Shown here: piece by piece, positions 40,147 to 52,445 of the stretch
How positions within the stretch are numbered: position 1 is the stretch's first letter
Layout of the letters: each line of letters opens with the position of its first letter
Origin: Tubulanus polymorphus
Taxonomy: Eukaryota; Animalia; Nemertea
Length of the DNA: 64,000 bases
Direction: 5' to 3'
NCBI RefSeq assembly: GCF_964204645.1
Contig: NC_134026.1
Coordinates: 10,067,950 to 10,131,949 of the forward strand
The notes under the pieces: generated by a model
Told to the model about the DNA's origin: nothing
The model's database searches: none
What the model saw: the letters and a program-made list of their open reading frames with translations, nothing else
Made by a program: the position numbers and the translations under genes

Positions 40147-40811
40147 TTTGACAGAATTTGAACTATTATCATGAGAAATTTCTATAGAATTCTATATTGA
40201 TGTGTTCAAGGAACCTCAGTTTACACATGAACCGTATCGTGGCGGCATCTAGTGGCAATTATGTGATACATTTCTTGGAATTTCTAGGATCTATATTGAA
40301 TTCTACTAGATCTAGTATATACTGCATCTATAGTTAAGCGACCCGCTGTTATGCGCGCCATCTATCGTGATAGCTGGATTGACGGGAACCTCATTGGCAC
40401 TCTATATTCGTTTTGGTTGTAATCTCGAGATTGAACGTATCTTGGCCAATAAATTGAGTGAAGTCCTGTTCAGAATAATTGCACAAAGTGTCTTCCAAGT
40501 CATCTAAAATTTGATCTAAACCAACCGCCATCATCGAATGTCTAAAACTGACAGCGTAACCAAGGATATACGTCAACGAACTGACATCGGATTTCAGCGG
40601 AATTAACCGATTATGCCCGAAGCTATTCCGGAAATAACCGGACATTACCGATCACAGCCGCAGCTACACGCATCCGCGCGCAGGTAGATGGGATTACGTT
40701 ATAGACAGAGATGTGTGAAGTGTTTACTCTGCGCTGACAAGTAGCGTCAGAAATACAGTTGATTCCTTTGAACCAGGCTGGTGCGCCCTCCTTCTAGTTT
40801 AAACGTCCATG

Positions 40812-41052
40812 TCCACATTACGTGGAGTCATTTTGATTTTATAGTCATCGATATAGAAATCGATTTAGTTCAATGTATCGTGGCTTTGTTTGATTCTATT
40901 TGACTGTAATAGCTGAAAAAAACGTCTTAAACTGCAACAATTTATCAAAAGGACATCAAGACTCAAGCCTCGTCTTTGTGCCCTTTTTTGGGACAGTGCC
41001 CTTCAGAAGATTGGTGAACCCAGCCCTTTCAGAAATCCTGTATCCGCCCCTG
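40812..41052. mobile_element. One end of a hAT-type MITE
   Basis: Ends in GAAATCCTGTATCCGCCCCTG (reverse complement CAGGGGCGGATACAGG) with subterminal TGCCCTT repeats. Confidence 0.55.
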
Positions 41053-43619
41053 CAGGATGATGAATTTTGAAACCAGGAGAAAGCGTTCAGTATACAGAAA
41101 TATAAAAGTGACTCTCAGCATCGAGACCAAGTCAGGATATACAGTATTGCAAAATATCAGAATGACACTTAGCATCGAGACCAAGTTAAGACGTACAGTA
41201 TTGAGAAATATTGAAAGGACATTCAGCATCAAGAAAGGGTCAAATGCTACAGCATTGACAAATACAAAACTAATTTGGACCATCAACATATTGTGAAGGC
41301 CCGCAGTATAGATAGGTATGCACACGACCCGATATTCAAAAATACTATCAAAGGCCAAAATAATTTGAGGCGGGAAAATGAAAAGGTGAAGAAATTGGAC
41401 GTCAATTATGTCATATCAATATTTCGGGACACAGCAAAGAGAGACCCTGAATATGTATGTGCTGTTTGTCAACGTCTACTTTTTCAAAATCAAGTGAAAA
41501 GATTGGATGTTAGCATGTATAGTACTCGCAGTTCCAAACACTCAGCTGTTGCGCGAGAATTTATAACAAATACCTATCTACATACATGTAGCAATACTTG
41601 CTCTCAGTCATGTACCTTGAAAGGGAAAATCATGGATATGTCATTGTTGCCACAGTAAATTACTGTCAGCTATAGTACCTTGTAAAGCTGCTGTTAATAA
41701 CTTGCAATTAGAAAGTATTCCCGATACGCTTACACAACTGAATTCGCTAGAAGTTCATCTCGTTTCAATTAACATACCATTCATTAAAATGATAGCTTTA
41801 CCGAAGCAAGGTCAGCACGGATCTCATGGGCCAGTCGTATGTGTACCGAGCAATGTAAAAAAAAAACAACGACATATTACAGCGAAATTATTCGGATGAT
41901 CAAATGATGAAGGTCAAATTGAAACGAAAACTTACATTCAAAGGACATAACAAGTATTAATTCGTTGAGCAGAAAAAGATAATGGATGCGTTGTGTACAT
42001 TGAAATCAATTAATCCACATTATCGTGATGTGAAATTAAACTATGAGTGGAATAACCCATTTGAAGAAGTCACTGAAGATCTGAGAGAGAATCACTTGAG
42101 GATGAGATATTAGATACAGAAACAATTGAAACTGAAGAACTGCCCGATCTTGACAACAATTCCACAGCACAAGGACAAAACGATGTCAACTGCCAGGAAG
42201 AAACTGATGTCAAAATCTGCATGGAATGTACATGAATTCCTGCCTGCAACCAATTAATATCGGCCAGGAAATTCTTGACGCACATTTCAATGACATTTTG
42301 TGTGTGGCTCCTGCTGAAGATGATAGCCCAATAAAGATTTTGACTGATACTGAGAATGAGGCCAGGTGTATCCCCACTCTCTTTCCGACCGGTAGATTTA
42401 CATATCATGATATTCGAGGACACAGGATTACTTTATCACGCTACTTACACACACGTTTAATGAATGCCGACCCCAGATTCTCGCGAAACAGATTACATAT
42501 TTTATGCACAGTTTTTGTCTGAAATCAACCAGGTCAACTCAAATGTCTCAATTGCATTGCGGAAAGGAGTGAAAGATGGTAAGAAAAGTTTGAATATTGA
42601 CTTGAATACTTTGAAAAACATTGAAAATATGAACGAATTGTTGAAACATAATGACGGTTATAAGTTTTTAAAACCTATCAGAGGAACCTATCTGGGAAGC
42701 TGCTCAAAAAGACTTGCTGGCTTAGACAATTAGGTGTGCCAACATTCTTTGTGTCATTCTCTGCAGCTGAAATGAGATGGGAGGACCATTTAGAGGCTAT
42801 AATGCGAGTTGATGGTTGTGATAAGCCAGTAAGAGACATGTCATGGTCCGAGAAATGTGGTATATTGAGACGAAACCCAGTAATTGCAGCCAGGATGTTT
42901 GATCATAGATTTCGTACGTTCCTTAACACTGTTATCAAGTCCCCTGCACAACCTATTGGTGAAATAAGGGACTACTTTTATCGGGTGGAATTCCAGATGC
43001 AGAGCAGCCCACATGTACATGCTTTGATATGGGTAAAAGATGATGACGTTGATGGCACTGAGTTTGTAGATAGATACATAACCTGCAGATTGCCTGAAGA
43101 ATCCGAAGATCCTGAATTGCATGAGGTTGTCACCAGTGTCCAAATGCATAGTAAAAGACATTCTAAAACATGTCGTAAAAAAGGTACTGTATGCAGGTTC
43201 AATTTCCCCAGAAATCCATCCCTACAAACATTTCTAACTCAGATGAAATATGAAGCCCCTCCAACAAGCGATGAACCAGATGAAGAAATTCAGCAAATAC
43301 AACATGATGCAGCTATGAATGCAATGACCCCAGCTAGAGCTAAAGAGATACTTGGAACTGTGTGGAAAATGATGAATACAGAGGGAACTGAGTTAACAAC
43401 AACAGAATCATTATTCAGATCAATTGGTATCACACAGGATATGTTTGAAGAAGCCTTTTGTAGTTTATTGCGTAAAAGTGGTGTCGTGTTGAAAAGAGAA
43501 CCAAATGAATGTTGGGTAAATCAATACAATCCTGCATTATTGAGAGCCTGGCAAGCAAACATGGACATCAAATGTGTGACTGATGCATTCGCATGCGTAG
43601 TATATATTGAAAATACATC

Positions 43620-44830
43620 AAAGCGAAGGGACATCGCGCCAGAGAAGATGACGAAACTGGTATTCTGAATATCTCAATTGGACAATCACCTAAGGTATGA
43701 AACAGTTTTTATTATTTTGTTCCTTCATAGTTTGTCAAATTGTATTTCTTAATCGTGATCTAAAAAAGGGCAAACTATTTGAAATTGATTGTCCCATTGC
43801 CAAGACATTGCTTTCAAAACTTTCTCCCTGCTCTTTCAGGTTTTCATTGGGTCTCCTTTTCCCATCAATGATGATATTATGTTGGCTTTAACAAACCCTC
43901 CATCCATTTCTATTTTGGAGACTCTGTCCAGTCCAAAAAAGAGAAGAGTCACCATCAAGGGCAAAGTCGAAAAAGTGAGTACTACATAAATATTCTCATC
44001 TATTTATCACTTTTCCTTCATGCTCAAGGGCCTGTCGCTCTGTAGTAGGTTTACGTTTTAACTGTAGAAAAATGGCATTTACTGACATATAAGTGACTAT
44101 AAGTGACATTTTTAATCCACCAGATTATCAACTATCAATTTTTCAACCATTGTCTTTAGAGGCCCTGCTATATTTGGCGTTTTAGCACAATCCCCTGCAG
44201 TAATATATCATATTTGATAGGCATTTTTCTCATCTCCAGGTGTTCCAAAGTTCTGGAAAAAGAACAGATGTGTTTGTGTCCGACGGCACAAATGATATTG
44301 TGGCCAAATTCTGGGAAGGGTCTACCATCACCAAAGGCTAATACCAGTCTACAAAACCAGGCCCAGAACTTATCGAAACAAATAACTCTAATAATTACCT
44401 CGCATGAAGTGCTTGCAGTGGACACCAGCTCCCTGCAGTTATTATATATTCCCACTATTATGGTATCATCTTTAACCTAGGGGCTTGAAAATGAATTCAG
44501 TCAGCCTCCCTGGACCCTGGTAAAAGATAATTCCTGTCTATAAATCTAGCTCCTGTAATGTTTTCATTGCACCCCTTTCACCACCAACTATGTACCTACA
44601 AGCATTTCTATTTGTTACTTCAAGGTAGAACAGTCTAACTACAGAAACGGCGTTTTGACTGACATAGATGACGAGGAAAAGCAGTTAATCGTGGATGACA
44701 ACATTATTGAATTCACACCTGGTATTTTAGAATTAGTCATGGAATCACAATACCACCTTCCAGTTAATGTGGACATAACATTGGAAGGAAATGTTATAAC
44801 AGAGATATGCAAATCATCGTAAGTACATGG
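43620..44830 (+). pseudogene. Spliced fragments of a possible OB-fold/RPA-like accessory gene
   Basis: Short exon-like blocks with GT-AG ends, e.g. 43841-43974 VFIGSPF...LSSPKKRRVTIKGKVEK followed by GTGAGT. The fold call is tentative. Confidence 0.35.
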
Positions 44831-46409
44831 TCGATCGACCAGTTAGATGAGGCTTTCTTCATCATTCGTCCAAATAACTTGACTGTCGCCATTTGTAAAC
44901 AAAATTGTCTAAATAGTGCTGCCATCTATAGATATCCTATTCAATTCAATAAACATTTATTGCAAATAAATGGCAGACTATATCTTTACCCCCTCCACGT
45001 CGACGATTGCAATCTGGCAACTTTATTCTGAAAGCAATATTTGAAATCATGCTTATATAGATTTATCTGTAAGAACCTTTTCGGACTCATGCACCGGACA
45101 TGATTTATATGAACTGTAGATTCTATTTCTACATTTTCATTTCAGATTGCCAATTCTGCATTGTAGTGTAAGTAGTGTAGCAGAGTCAACGCATTTGGTA
45201 TCTGTACCATCAACCGCCTTGCCTGGGCCCTCGGACGTTGAAAGTGCATCCGCAGAGTCGTCGCTCTCGGAAGCTGCACCATCATCCGCCGCCTCGCACT
45301 TGGACGCTCCGAAAAAAAGCCAGCGAAGTCGAGGAGATCGCTTAAGTTGTGAAGTAGCTCGCACATTACTTACATTTTACAGCTACGACTACGTTCAGTG
45401 AGCATTTTAATTAGCACTCGAAGTGCGAAACACATACCGCGGTAGATTATCACTATTACTATTTTATTCATACTCTATTTAAACTGTTTATGTTCAATTT
45501 ATCATATCAATAGGATACTTAATATCATATATTGTATCTCTCTTTATTTCAACGATTCAAAGGAAAGCGAACCCCAGTGTTCAATGAAAAATGATGGCAC
45601 TTTTTTTGTAAATATTTCTCTTATCTAATAAATCATATTCATTTCATCTTTTTGTTTAAGCCTTTTCCATTTCTTGTCTACTACGTTCTTTCCAACCACA
45701 GTGGAATCTTGTCATAACATCTTTTGGAATTTTACTATTTATTAGTTAACAAATAAGAGCTATGACAAACATATTTCTGCCCTCCCGTGTTCGGTGTGAC
45801 GAGGTTCCATGAACGTGTACTTAGTAGACCACAGTCAACCCTACACAGCAAAACAAAGCCTGGCGCGACGGAGATGAAAAAGTGTATGCATGTATCAACA
45901 ACATCTTTCCAAAAAACATTGATAATTAAATACCATAATAATTGGTTTAAAGAGATTGAAGGATTCATCGTCAATTTGATCAACGCACAGCGAGCGCCTA
46001 AGGCACTAGAAGATATTCTCGCCATAGAACTACAACGGCCTATCACTATGTTTATTATTGCTTGATTTATCATTAATCATACAGTTTGGGGACTTCAATA
46101 ATCTTACACGACAGTTATAGCAGCTGATATTATTGCAATCAGTTAGGTTACTATAAGTGGAGATGAGATAGGTCTTTAACAAACATTCGACGGATGATTT
46201 ACTTCGAAGGTCGATAACGTTTCACCATAATTGGCAATGTTCTCCATATATTTGCAAAATATTCTTTTGGTGATTTTGTTTCTTTAAAATGTGGGTTTGT
46301 AAGTGAAGAATAGTTGTGGTCGAGGTGAATGCTTTTAATGATTAGATAATTTGCCTTCTTCCCTGACGATAGTAAGAACTATTTTCTTTTCCAATAAAGA
46401 GCAGTCGCA

Positions 46410-46690
46410 ATAGAAATATTATCTGAATTTCTACACAGGAGTTATGGAGTTAGCCTCTCCATCTCAAGGTCAATTTATTTCGAGCATATTTGTTGTTCCT
46501 AAGAAGGATTCTGGAACTAGACCAATTTTGAATCTCACTCACTTTGACAAGTTCGTCAAATATTGTCGTTTTACAATGAATTCGTTGAATACTGTTCTGA
46601 ATTTAATGACTCTGGGTTGTGTTATGGTATCTCTTGATTTAAAGAATGCCTATTATTCCATTTCAATTTGTCCCGAAATAAGACTTGGAT
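46410..46690 (+). pseudogene. DIRS-type reverse transcriptase fragment
   Basis: FISSIFVVPKKDSGTRPILNL...FTMNSL...MVSLDLKNAYYSI. Confidence 0.75.
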
Positions 46691-46734
46691 AAACTTAAGG
46701 CAGGTTCACTTATTCAATCTTTGGCAATCAAATC

Positions 46735-47260
46735 TACTACGACATTGATGTTTCAGTAGACAGTTCGTGGCAAAAAGGGGACATAGTTAACACAATGGAG
46801 TTGCACTAGTTTGTCACTAGATGATATGTTTAGACATTGAGGTATTGTCAGATTTGTGCCTGTCATGCAAGGAATAGGAAAAAGATCAGAAACTGCTGAC
46901 TTTTATAAATGGAAGGTTACCCATAACTGTAAGATTAACTACAAAGGTAGCTCAAATAGCAAACTTTTAACAAGCTTTGTGAAATCAAGCCAAACCGATC
47001 CGCTATTGAAATTACCAAGAGGGAATGCATGTACAAAACGTGTCAGAGCACATTTGTGAGTGCTAAAAACATATTACCATGGAAAGAACCTGTCAGATAG
47101 ATAGGTGATAAGTGGAAATGGGCGGACTAAGTGATGTCAAAACAGACGTACTTCAGAATTATTATGGCCTTGCAATAAGGGGCATGTTGCAATCTGTTGA
47201 AGCCACAATAGAGCAATGAGTCAGTGTTTATCACATAGCATCGACTGCATAAAGTTTTCA
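46735..47260 (+). pseudogene. Kolobok/Mutator-like transposase fragment
   Basis: DIDVSVDSSWQKRGH, HNCKINYKGSS, LQNYYGLAIR. Confidence 0.65.
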
Positions 47261-48659
47261 TCATGACATACATTGAGTTACATGGAAATATTTAGCCACT
47301 AAAAATGTTAACTAAAGACACAAAATTGGTGATTGAAGGTTTATCTTTAACTAGCGAGAATTACTCATAAGCCAAAGACTTATTAATTCTGGTCAAGCAT
47401 ATAAAATTACCGAAGCCACTAAAAACTGTGGTCAACTAGTGGATCTCGAACCGCCGGTTTACCATCTACAATCGTTCCATGAGTTTTATGACATGATCGA
47501 GTAGTATACCGTAATTCGGAATCGTTTAATACTACTTCAGACTCGTATGGTTTTGCTATTAGTGCTGATTTTATTAAGTAAACTTCGTAAAGAAATATTA
47601 GGAGGAACATAGCTCGTTCACATGAAAATTCAGCTTTGTCACTTTCCAATCTTCGTTCTCCCTGTTTACAAAGATTGATGTCTTGACAACTAAGGTAAGA
47701 AAACACAATTTCATATTTCACTTTTGGCACTTCTGTATGAAATTAGATCTTCAGAAGGTAACAAATCACAAAAATACTCATGGGAGTTTCACGGGAGTGG
47801 AACCAGTAAACGTATATCCTTCAGAAATGGCAGCAGTATGGGAAACACTGTAGCAACAGTTATTGGAGAAACGAAAAAACTGTGATTCTGGCGGTCATTT
47901 GGCTAAATCAACATGTACAGACAGTATCATTGATCTTGTGAAAATTCTATGCATGGAATAGGTTCACCTTTTTGCTGTCGTAGGCGCACGAGGTGCACCA
48001 TGAGCTTTTTCCTTAATGCGTGGCACGTGCACCACTAGACTTGCTGCTGTTGAAAAATTCAATAGATCGCAAATGTATCCGCATATGTTTAGTTGTCTGA
48101 TAGAGCAGCATATTTAAGTGTTATCGATCGTACAGTCACTCCTACTTCAATAACACTCACTGTATGTGCACTGTGCTTGACCCCTCAGTGTATGAATGCG
48201 TGCTGTATAACCAGTAGTACAATAATACAGCCTACTCTGTAATACTGCAATACTATTCTATGGCATCTTGTCAAAGGTACTCAAGGCAATCAAACCAGGG
48301 ACCTCATACTACGATATGTAGAGGATGGAGATGATGAATCTAGTGAAAAACAATGATGATAAAACTGACAATCATGTTGACAGTGATGTCATAGACCCAA
48401 CCAATTCTGACAGTGAAAATGATGACAACACTGCACCAGTCACCCATAAAATGTCATTGATCAGTGGTGAGTCAACTGAAAATGAATGCCCACCAAGGAA
48501 CCGAGTGATGGGGCAAGCCAGGGGACAGCAAAACTCAAATCATCGGACAGGGCAGCCTGGCATAGTAAATTGCAACGAAGATCAAGATAGGGATTGGATG
48601 ACGTGAATGTCATGTTAGGCAAAATATAATCTGGATGGCTCCACGAGCAACCCCCAGAC

Positions 48660-48997
48660 CAAATGATTGCGATAATGTTAGTGAATCAGTTGAAACCCCA
48701 TTTAAGTGCACCGATGGATGCCAATGAAATACATGGATTGAATTTGGCCCTTGTAGATTTCCTGGAAGTCAGAAAATACTGGTCAACATCGTGGGATTTG
48801 CATGCCCCATTTTTCAACAATTCTGATCCAAACAATCCAGCTCGTGGTGAAAAAATTCATCCACGCATTGAGAAATTGGTGGAAAATTTCAACAAGTACT
48901 ATGCCCCACACAGAGCTGTCCATGGATGACAATATGATTGGTTATGAAGGCAGAGTGATTTTCAGGATGAATATGCCATAGAAGCTGTTTAAATGGT
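48660..48997 (+). pseudogene. piggyBac transposase fragment
   Basis: KYWST, KIHPRIEKLVENFNKYYAP, MIGYEGR; heavily decayed. Confidence 0.6.
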
Positions 48998-49379
48998 AGA
49001 TAAGTGGAAATGGGTGGACTAAGTGATGTCAAAACAGACGTACTTCAGAATTATTATGGCCTTGCAATAAGGGGCATGTTGCAATCTGTTGAAGCCACAA
49101 TAGAGCAATGAGTCAGTGTTTATCACATAGCATCGACTGCATAAAGTTTTCAAGAGTTTGATGTAGAAATTAGTCAATGAGTAAACATGAATTCATAGAA
49201 GAATAAGATAACAAATATGGATGGTTGCCTTTTTGCCAAAGTGAACTTTTGTTTTTGTCCCTAATTTACCCGTTTTAGTAACTGCGAGTGTCTGTCCTAG
49301 AATTTCATATAATTCACTACAGTCTTCTAGTTTGTGTTTTAGTTTCTACCCTTAGTTAACGCAGGCCTATTATGTGTCG

Positions 49380-50090
49380 TCACTACAACTGCTTCATCTT
49401 TATACTGGAGATGCACAAAACAAAGCAGCAAGGCCTGTTAATTGGTTTTGGTAACAGATCACAGCCATGCTCAAGTATTGGTAAAATCAAAGTTTCAAAT
49501 GCCAAACAGCTCATGAAAACTAAGGCTACTACCACTGCTACTAAACCAAGTACTGTATATGCAGAAGTTCTAAGCACGGACGAAGAAGCCAGCATGCTGT
49601 TAACTTCCACAAGATTTCTGCAAGAAGATGTGTTGCATAATCATCATACTGCAGATATACTACCTTCTAGTCCAGCTACTCTTCACGATCTTGTAATAGA
49701 TGGCATATGGAATAGAACTAGGAATGAAAATGCATGGTGATATTTGCTGTATGACAACTGGAGTCTGATAAACAGTTGATTATATGATGTTCATGGATAT
49801 GATGTTTCTCTATGGCACCACCCCAATACTTGCAACTGTATGTAATCCAAACACCTGTTGGTGACCATTCAGCTTCCCTGGTCTACGATCTTATGCAGCG
49901 CAAATCCAAACATAGATGTAGAAAATATTTAATGTGATTTGATAGCACAGCTACCATGTTATTTTCGATTTCTAGAAGGCATTGATAATGTAATAAAAAG
50001 TGATTTTGGCGAAAAAAGTTGGCATTGAAGGGTGTTGTTACCACCTTTGCCAAGCTACATGGAGTGAATTACAGGAACTTTGATTGGGTA
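49380..50090 (+). pseudogene. MULE-like transposase fragment
   Basis: LYWRCT, LHDLVIDGIW, MDMMFLYG, L.R..K..Y, DF.KALI...K..F...I.GC.YH patterns across frameshifts. Confidence 0.5.
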
Positions 50091-50133
50091 ATCATTATTG
50101 CGATGATGCTTAATTCACCAGGGTATGGACAGG

Positions 50134-52441
50134 TGTAACAAAATTTCATTTCTCAAGACAGATACCTCTATCCCCTTGGTTATCAGCGACCGTGCAGAAG
50201 ATACATTTCCCCTTGCTTCAACTCCGGCGATAACCCGCGGCTCCTTAGTCCCGAAATTGTTCCCGGTGGTAAATAGTACCGCCGCTGTATTTATCTCGCC
50301 TTTTACACACTAAATAATTATCGAAAGTCATCATGTACGATACCGTTTGAAAGAGGATTATAAAGTCTTGACTCGGTGAAAGCATCTACTAATGTCATCG
50401 TTTTTTAGGCGACACGAGCTGTAGTTTGGTAGATGAACCGATTTCGCCGGTTTGTTTACTTCCGGTCCGGCCTCATGATCCGCTCGATAAGCGGGAGAGT
50501 TAAAGTTTCTACGATGACGTCTTGTTACTGTCACCATAACATATCACCTTAGTATTTAGTCACATAAATTAAGTTCTTAGATAATTATCATTATAACAAA
50601 CCTAGAAGATGATTTCGGCACCTTCGTGCCTTAAAGCTAATGAGTATTCGACGGTTAAACCTGCGATCTCGAACGCGGTCACGCATGACGACAGCCTTTC
50701 GGGACCTCACTTGTCTTTACGACCGAACTATCTAACACGAATTTCATATCATCGGAAAGTACAAGTTCCAACCTTTTTAATGGTATATTACTTCGATAAG
50801 AAGACAACGTAGTTCAGCAGCAAAGCGGCTCGGAAGAATCCTAGGAAGCACATCCGACGGGGCGGCCATTGTTGAGCGACCAGTGAAGCGACGCGGAGTG
50901 AAGATGCAACACATCGGAGTCGGCAATATCAGAATATAAGGCGCGCAGTTTTTCTCTTTCAGTTAGTTACTCGGAGAACGTCTTTAAGATGTAAGTCGGT
51001 CCGGGACAGCGCCGCCTGGCGGCGTTTCGGGTCTTGTACCCATTCGTCTCTGTTCCTTCTTTCTGAGTTAGAAATTAAGGGCCTTAGGCCCACAGAATCC
51101 CCCTTACTGTAAATACGTTACTAGTCTTGAGTATTACTCTTTGTTAAGCATTAAGCTACGGCAAAATCATAGTACGATTTCCTCACCTATGGCCATAAGC
51201 CATTGGGCATTACGTTTACCGTCCATACTTATGTATTATTGACGGGCCCTGTGTTTCTCGTTTGTCCTTAGGATCGTTGAACTATATATAATCCGTCAAT
51301 ACTTATGTATTAGGTATGGATTCTTGATACCAGGCCTTGGGTTCTTGTGTTACTCCCCGTTTATACTTAAGTATATAGAGACGGGTTTGACCATTACTTG
51401 TGCTTATAGCTTTATCAAACTATTATTCTGCCTTCATGTATGTGTGATATAGGTCCTTAAGACCAGCTTTCAGGCGCGTATCTTTAAGTTTCAATAAATT
51501 TTATATAGGTATAATGTTCGCGGTCTATATGTTCGTTGTATAAGTATGAAGCGTAACAGCATGTGTCAATCGCATTATCTTTTCCCTTTGTAAGTATGTA
51601 AGCATTTGTGGAGTATGAACCTGTCTTGTATTTGAGCATGACGTATGTCAGTTTCTGATAGACGAATAAAAGCTGCTGTCGCAGCACGTAATGGTATTAA
51701 CGATTTAGTAATAGATGTTGGGTAGTAAAACCGTGGAGTTGGTCGGAGCGTCCATGGTCTGTATAGAGGCTTACTCTCGGAAATGGTACAGTCCAGCGGA
51801 ACGTAGTGCAATCCCGTTCGGGTGACGGGCGGTTTCTGTTTATTCCGCTATCCAATTTAGGCTCAAGCGAGGAAATTCCACGTCGGGGGTGGGTGACGTG
51901 GTGTGTGATACGGTCGATTCGGGTTCATGTATAACTACGAGGCCGTATGTTATTGGGTGAACAGAAGGGTGCGCATCGCTATCTGTAGGTTCTAACATAG
52001 GGTTGGGCCCGATCCTTAGTTCCCGGAGGATAGTTTTCAAATCGACCCAGTCGTTACGTTCCTGGATCTATCAGCAATCTACACCCGGGGTTGCGGGAAT
52101 TGCTTACTCGTGTGTTAGGTCGAGTTAAGCCTGAGAGTCATTTATTATTCTACACACAAACATAACTTCCTGTGGTGGTCGTAGACCCCTTCATAAACAT
52201 CTTTCCCGTTGTTTACGTGACACAGGCGGACCCTTTGTAGCGGCGCCATTTTACATACATCTATTACATAAGTACACATTTACATATATACACTCTGAGG
52301 ACATATAAGAGGATCACGCTACCGCTATGATCGACTCTGGTGCGAGTGAGTGCACACACTCGCCCGGTGAGTATTTTCAGGTACTATGTGGATGAAGAAA
52401 CATGCTAAATTCTTAATGTATTCTAACTACGAAACGCTACA
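50134..52441 (+). repeat. 5' LTR (2308 bp)
   Basis: Direct repeat of 58094-60401 with about 7 substitutions counted by eye. Confidence 0.97.
50935..50996 (+). promoter_or_regulatory. LTR promoter (TATA-like plus Inr) and splice donor
   Basis: TATAAG at 50935, TCAGTT initiator at 50959-50964 (about 26 bp downstream), and consensus donor AT|GTAAGT at 50990/50991. Confidence 0.65.
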
Positions 52442-52445
52442 AAAT

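Larger units (their letters stand above)
36257..40359. mobile_element. ISL2EU (PIF/Harbinger-related) transposon
   Basis: TIR GGCGCGCA(C/T)AACAGCGGGTCG at both ends, AT TSD (36255-36256 and 40360-40361), and two convergent genes. Confidence 0.9.
34674..40534 (-). pseudogene. Second gene of the P-type element: PHD-like finger plus a helical domain with YVAGY/NRGGL motifs; first exon split by the ISL2EU insertion
   Basis: Exons 40534-40360 plus 36254-36078 (in frame across the empty site: YHDRSVILACLRC...CNCGKNSELVICQKCGSAFLVACF...CYCSSQC), 36002-35916 and 35735-34674 (EEQVIRYVAGY...NRGGLFCVNDSVYQFF...EKSLRKSL). Splice phases are compatible. A few stops and frameshifts are present. Confidence 0.7.
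30963..40811 (+). mobile_element. P-superfamily (THAP9-like) DNA transposon with two convergent genes
   Basis: ~30 bp TIRs CATGGACGTATAAACTAGAAGGAAGGCGCACC / GGTGCGCCCTCCTTCTAGTTTAAACGTCCATG enclosing a P-type transposase (+) and a second gene (-). Confidence 0.88.
29102..43668 (+). mobile_element. Helitron/Helentron coding region (pseudogene), interrupted at 30963-41056 and truncated before the helicase
   Basis: Herpes tegument peptidase C76-like domain (GNCHQG...GKQCVANS...FDSHSR) 29230-29815; OTU-like domain (GEGNCFFRAIS...HYEVV) 30120-30520; KY..D repeats; zinc finger YVCAVCQRLL; Rep/HUH domain (PTFFVSFSAAEMRW, FYRVEFQ..SSPHVHALIW, CRFNFP, NQYNPALLRAWQANMDI). Confidence 0.85.

Noticed and set aside
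30963-40811. A true RAG/Transib (ProtoRAG) transposon
   Set aside because: The TIRs start CATGG rather than the CACAGTG-like heptamer, the catalytic motifs are P/THAP9-type, and no kelch repeats are seen in the second gene.
45735-46073. Overlapping ~100-aa ORFs considered as the missing 5' exon of the membrane gene
   Set aside because: No convincing splice donor, phase match or family motif.
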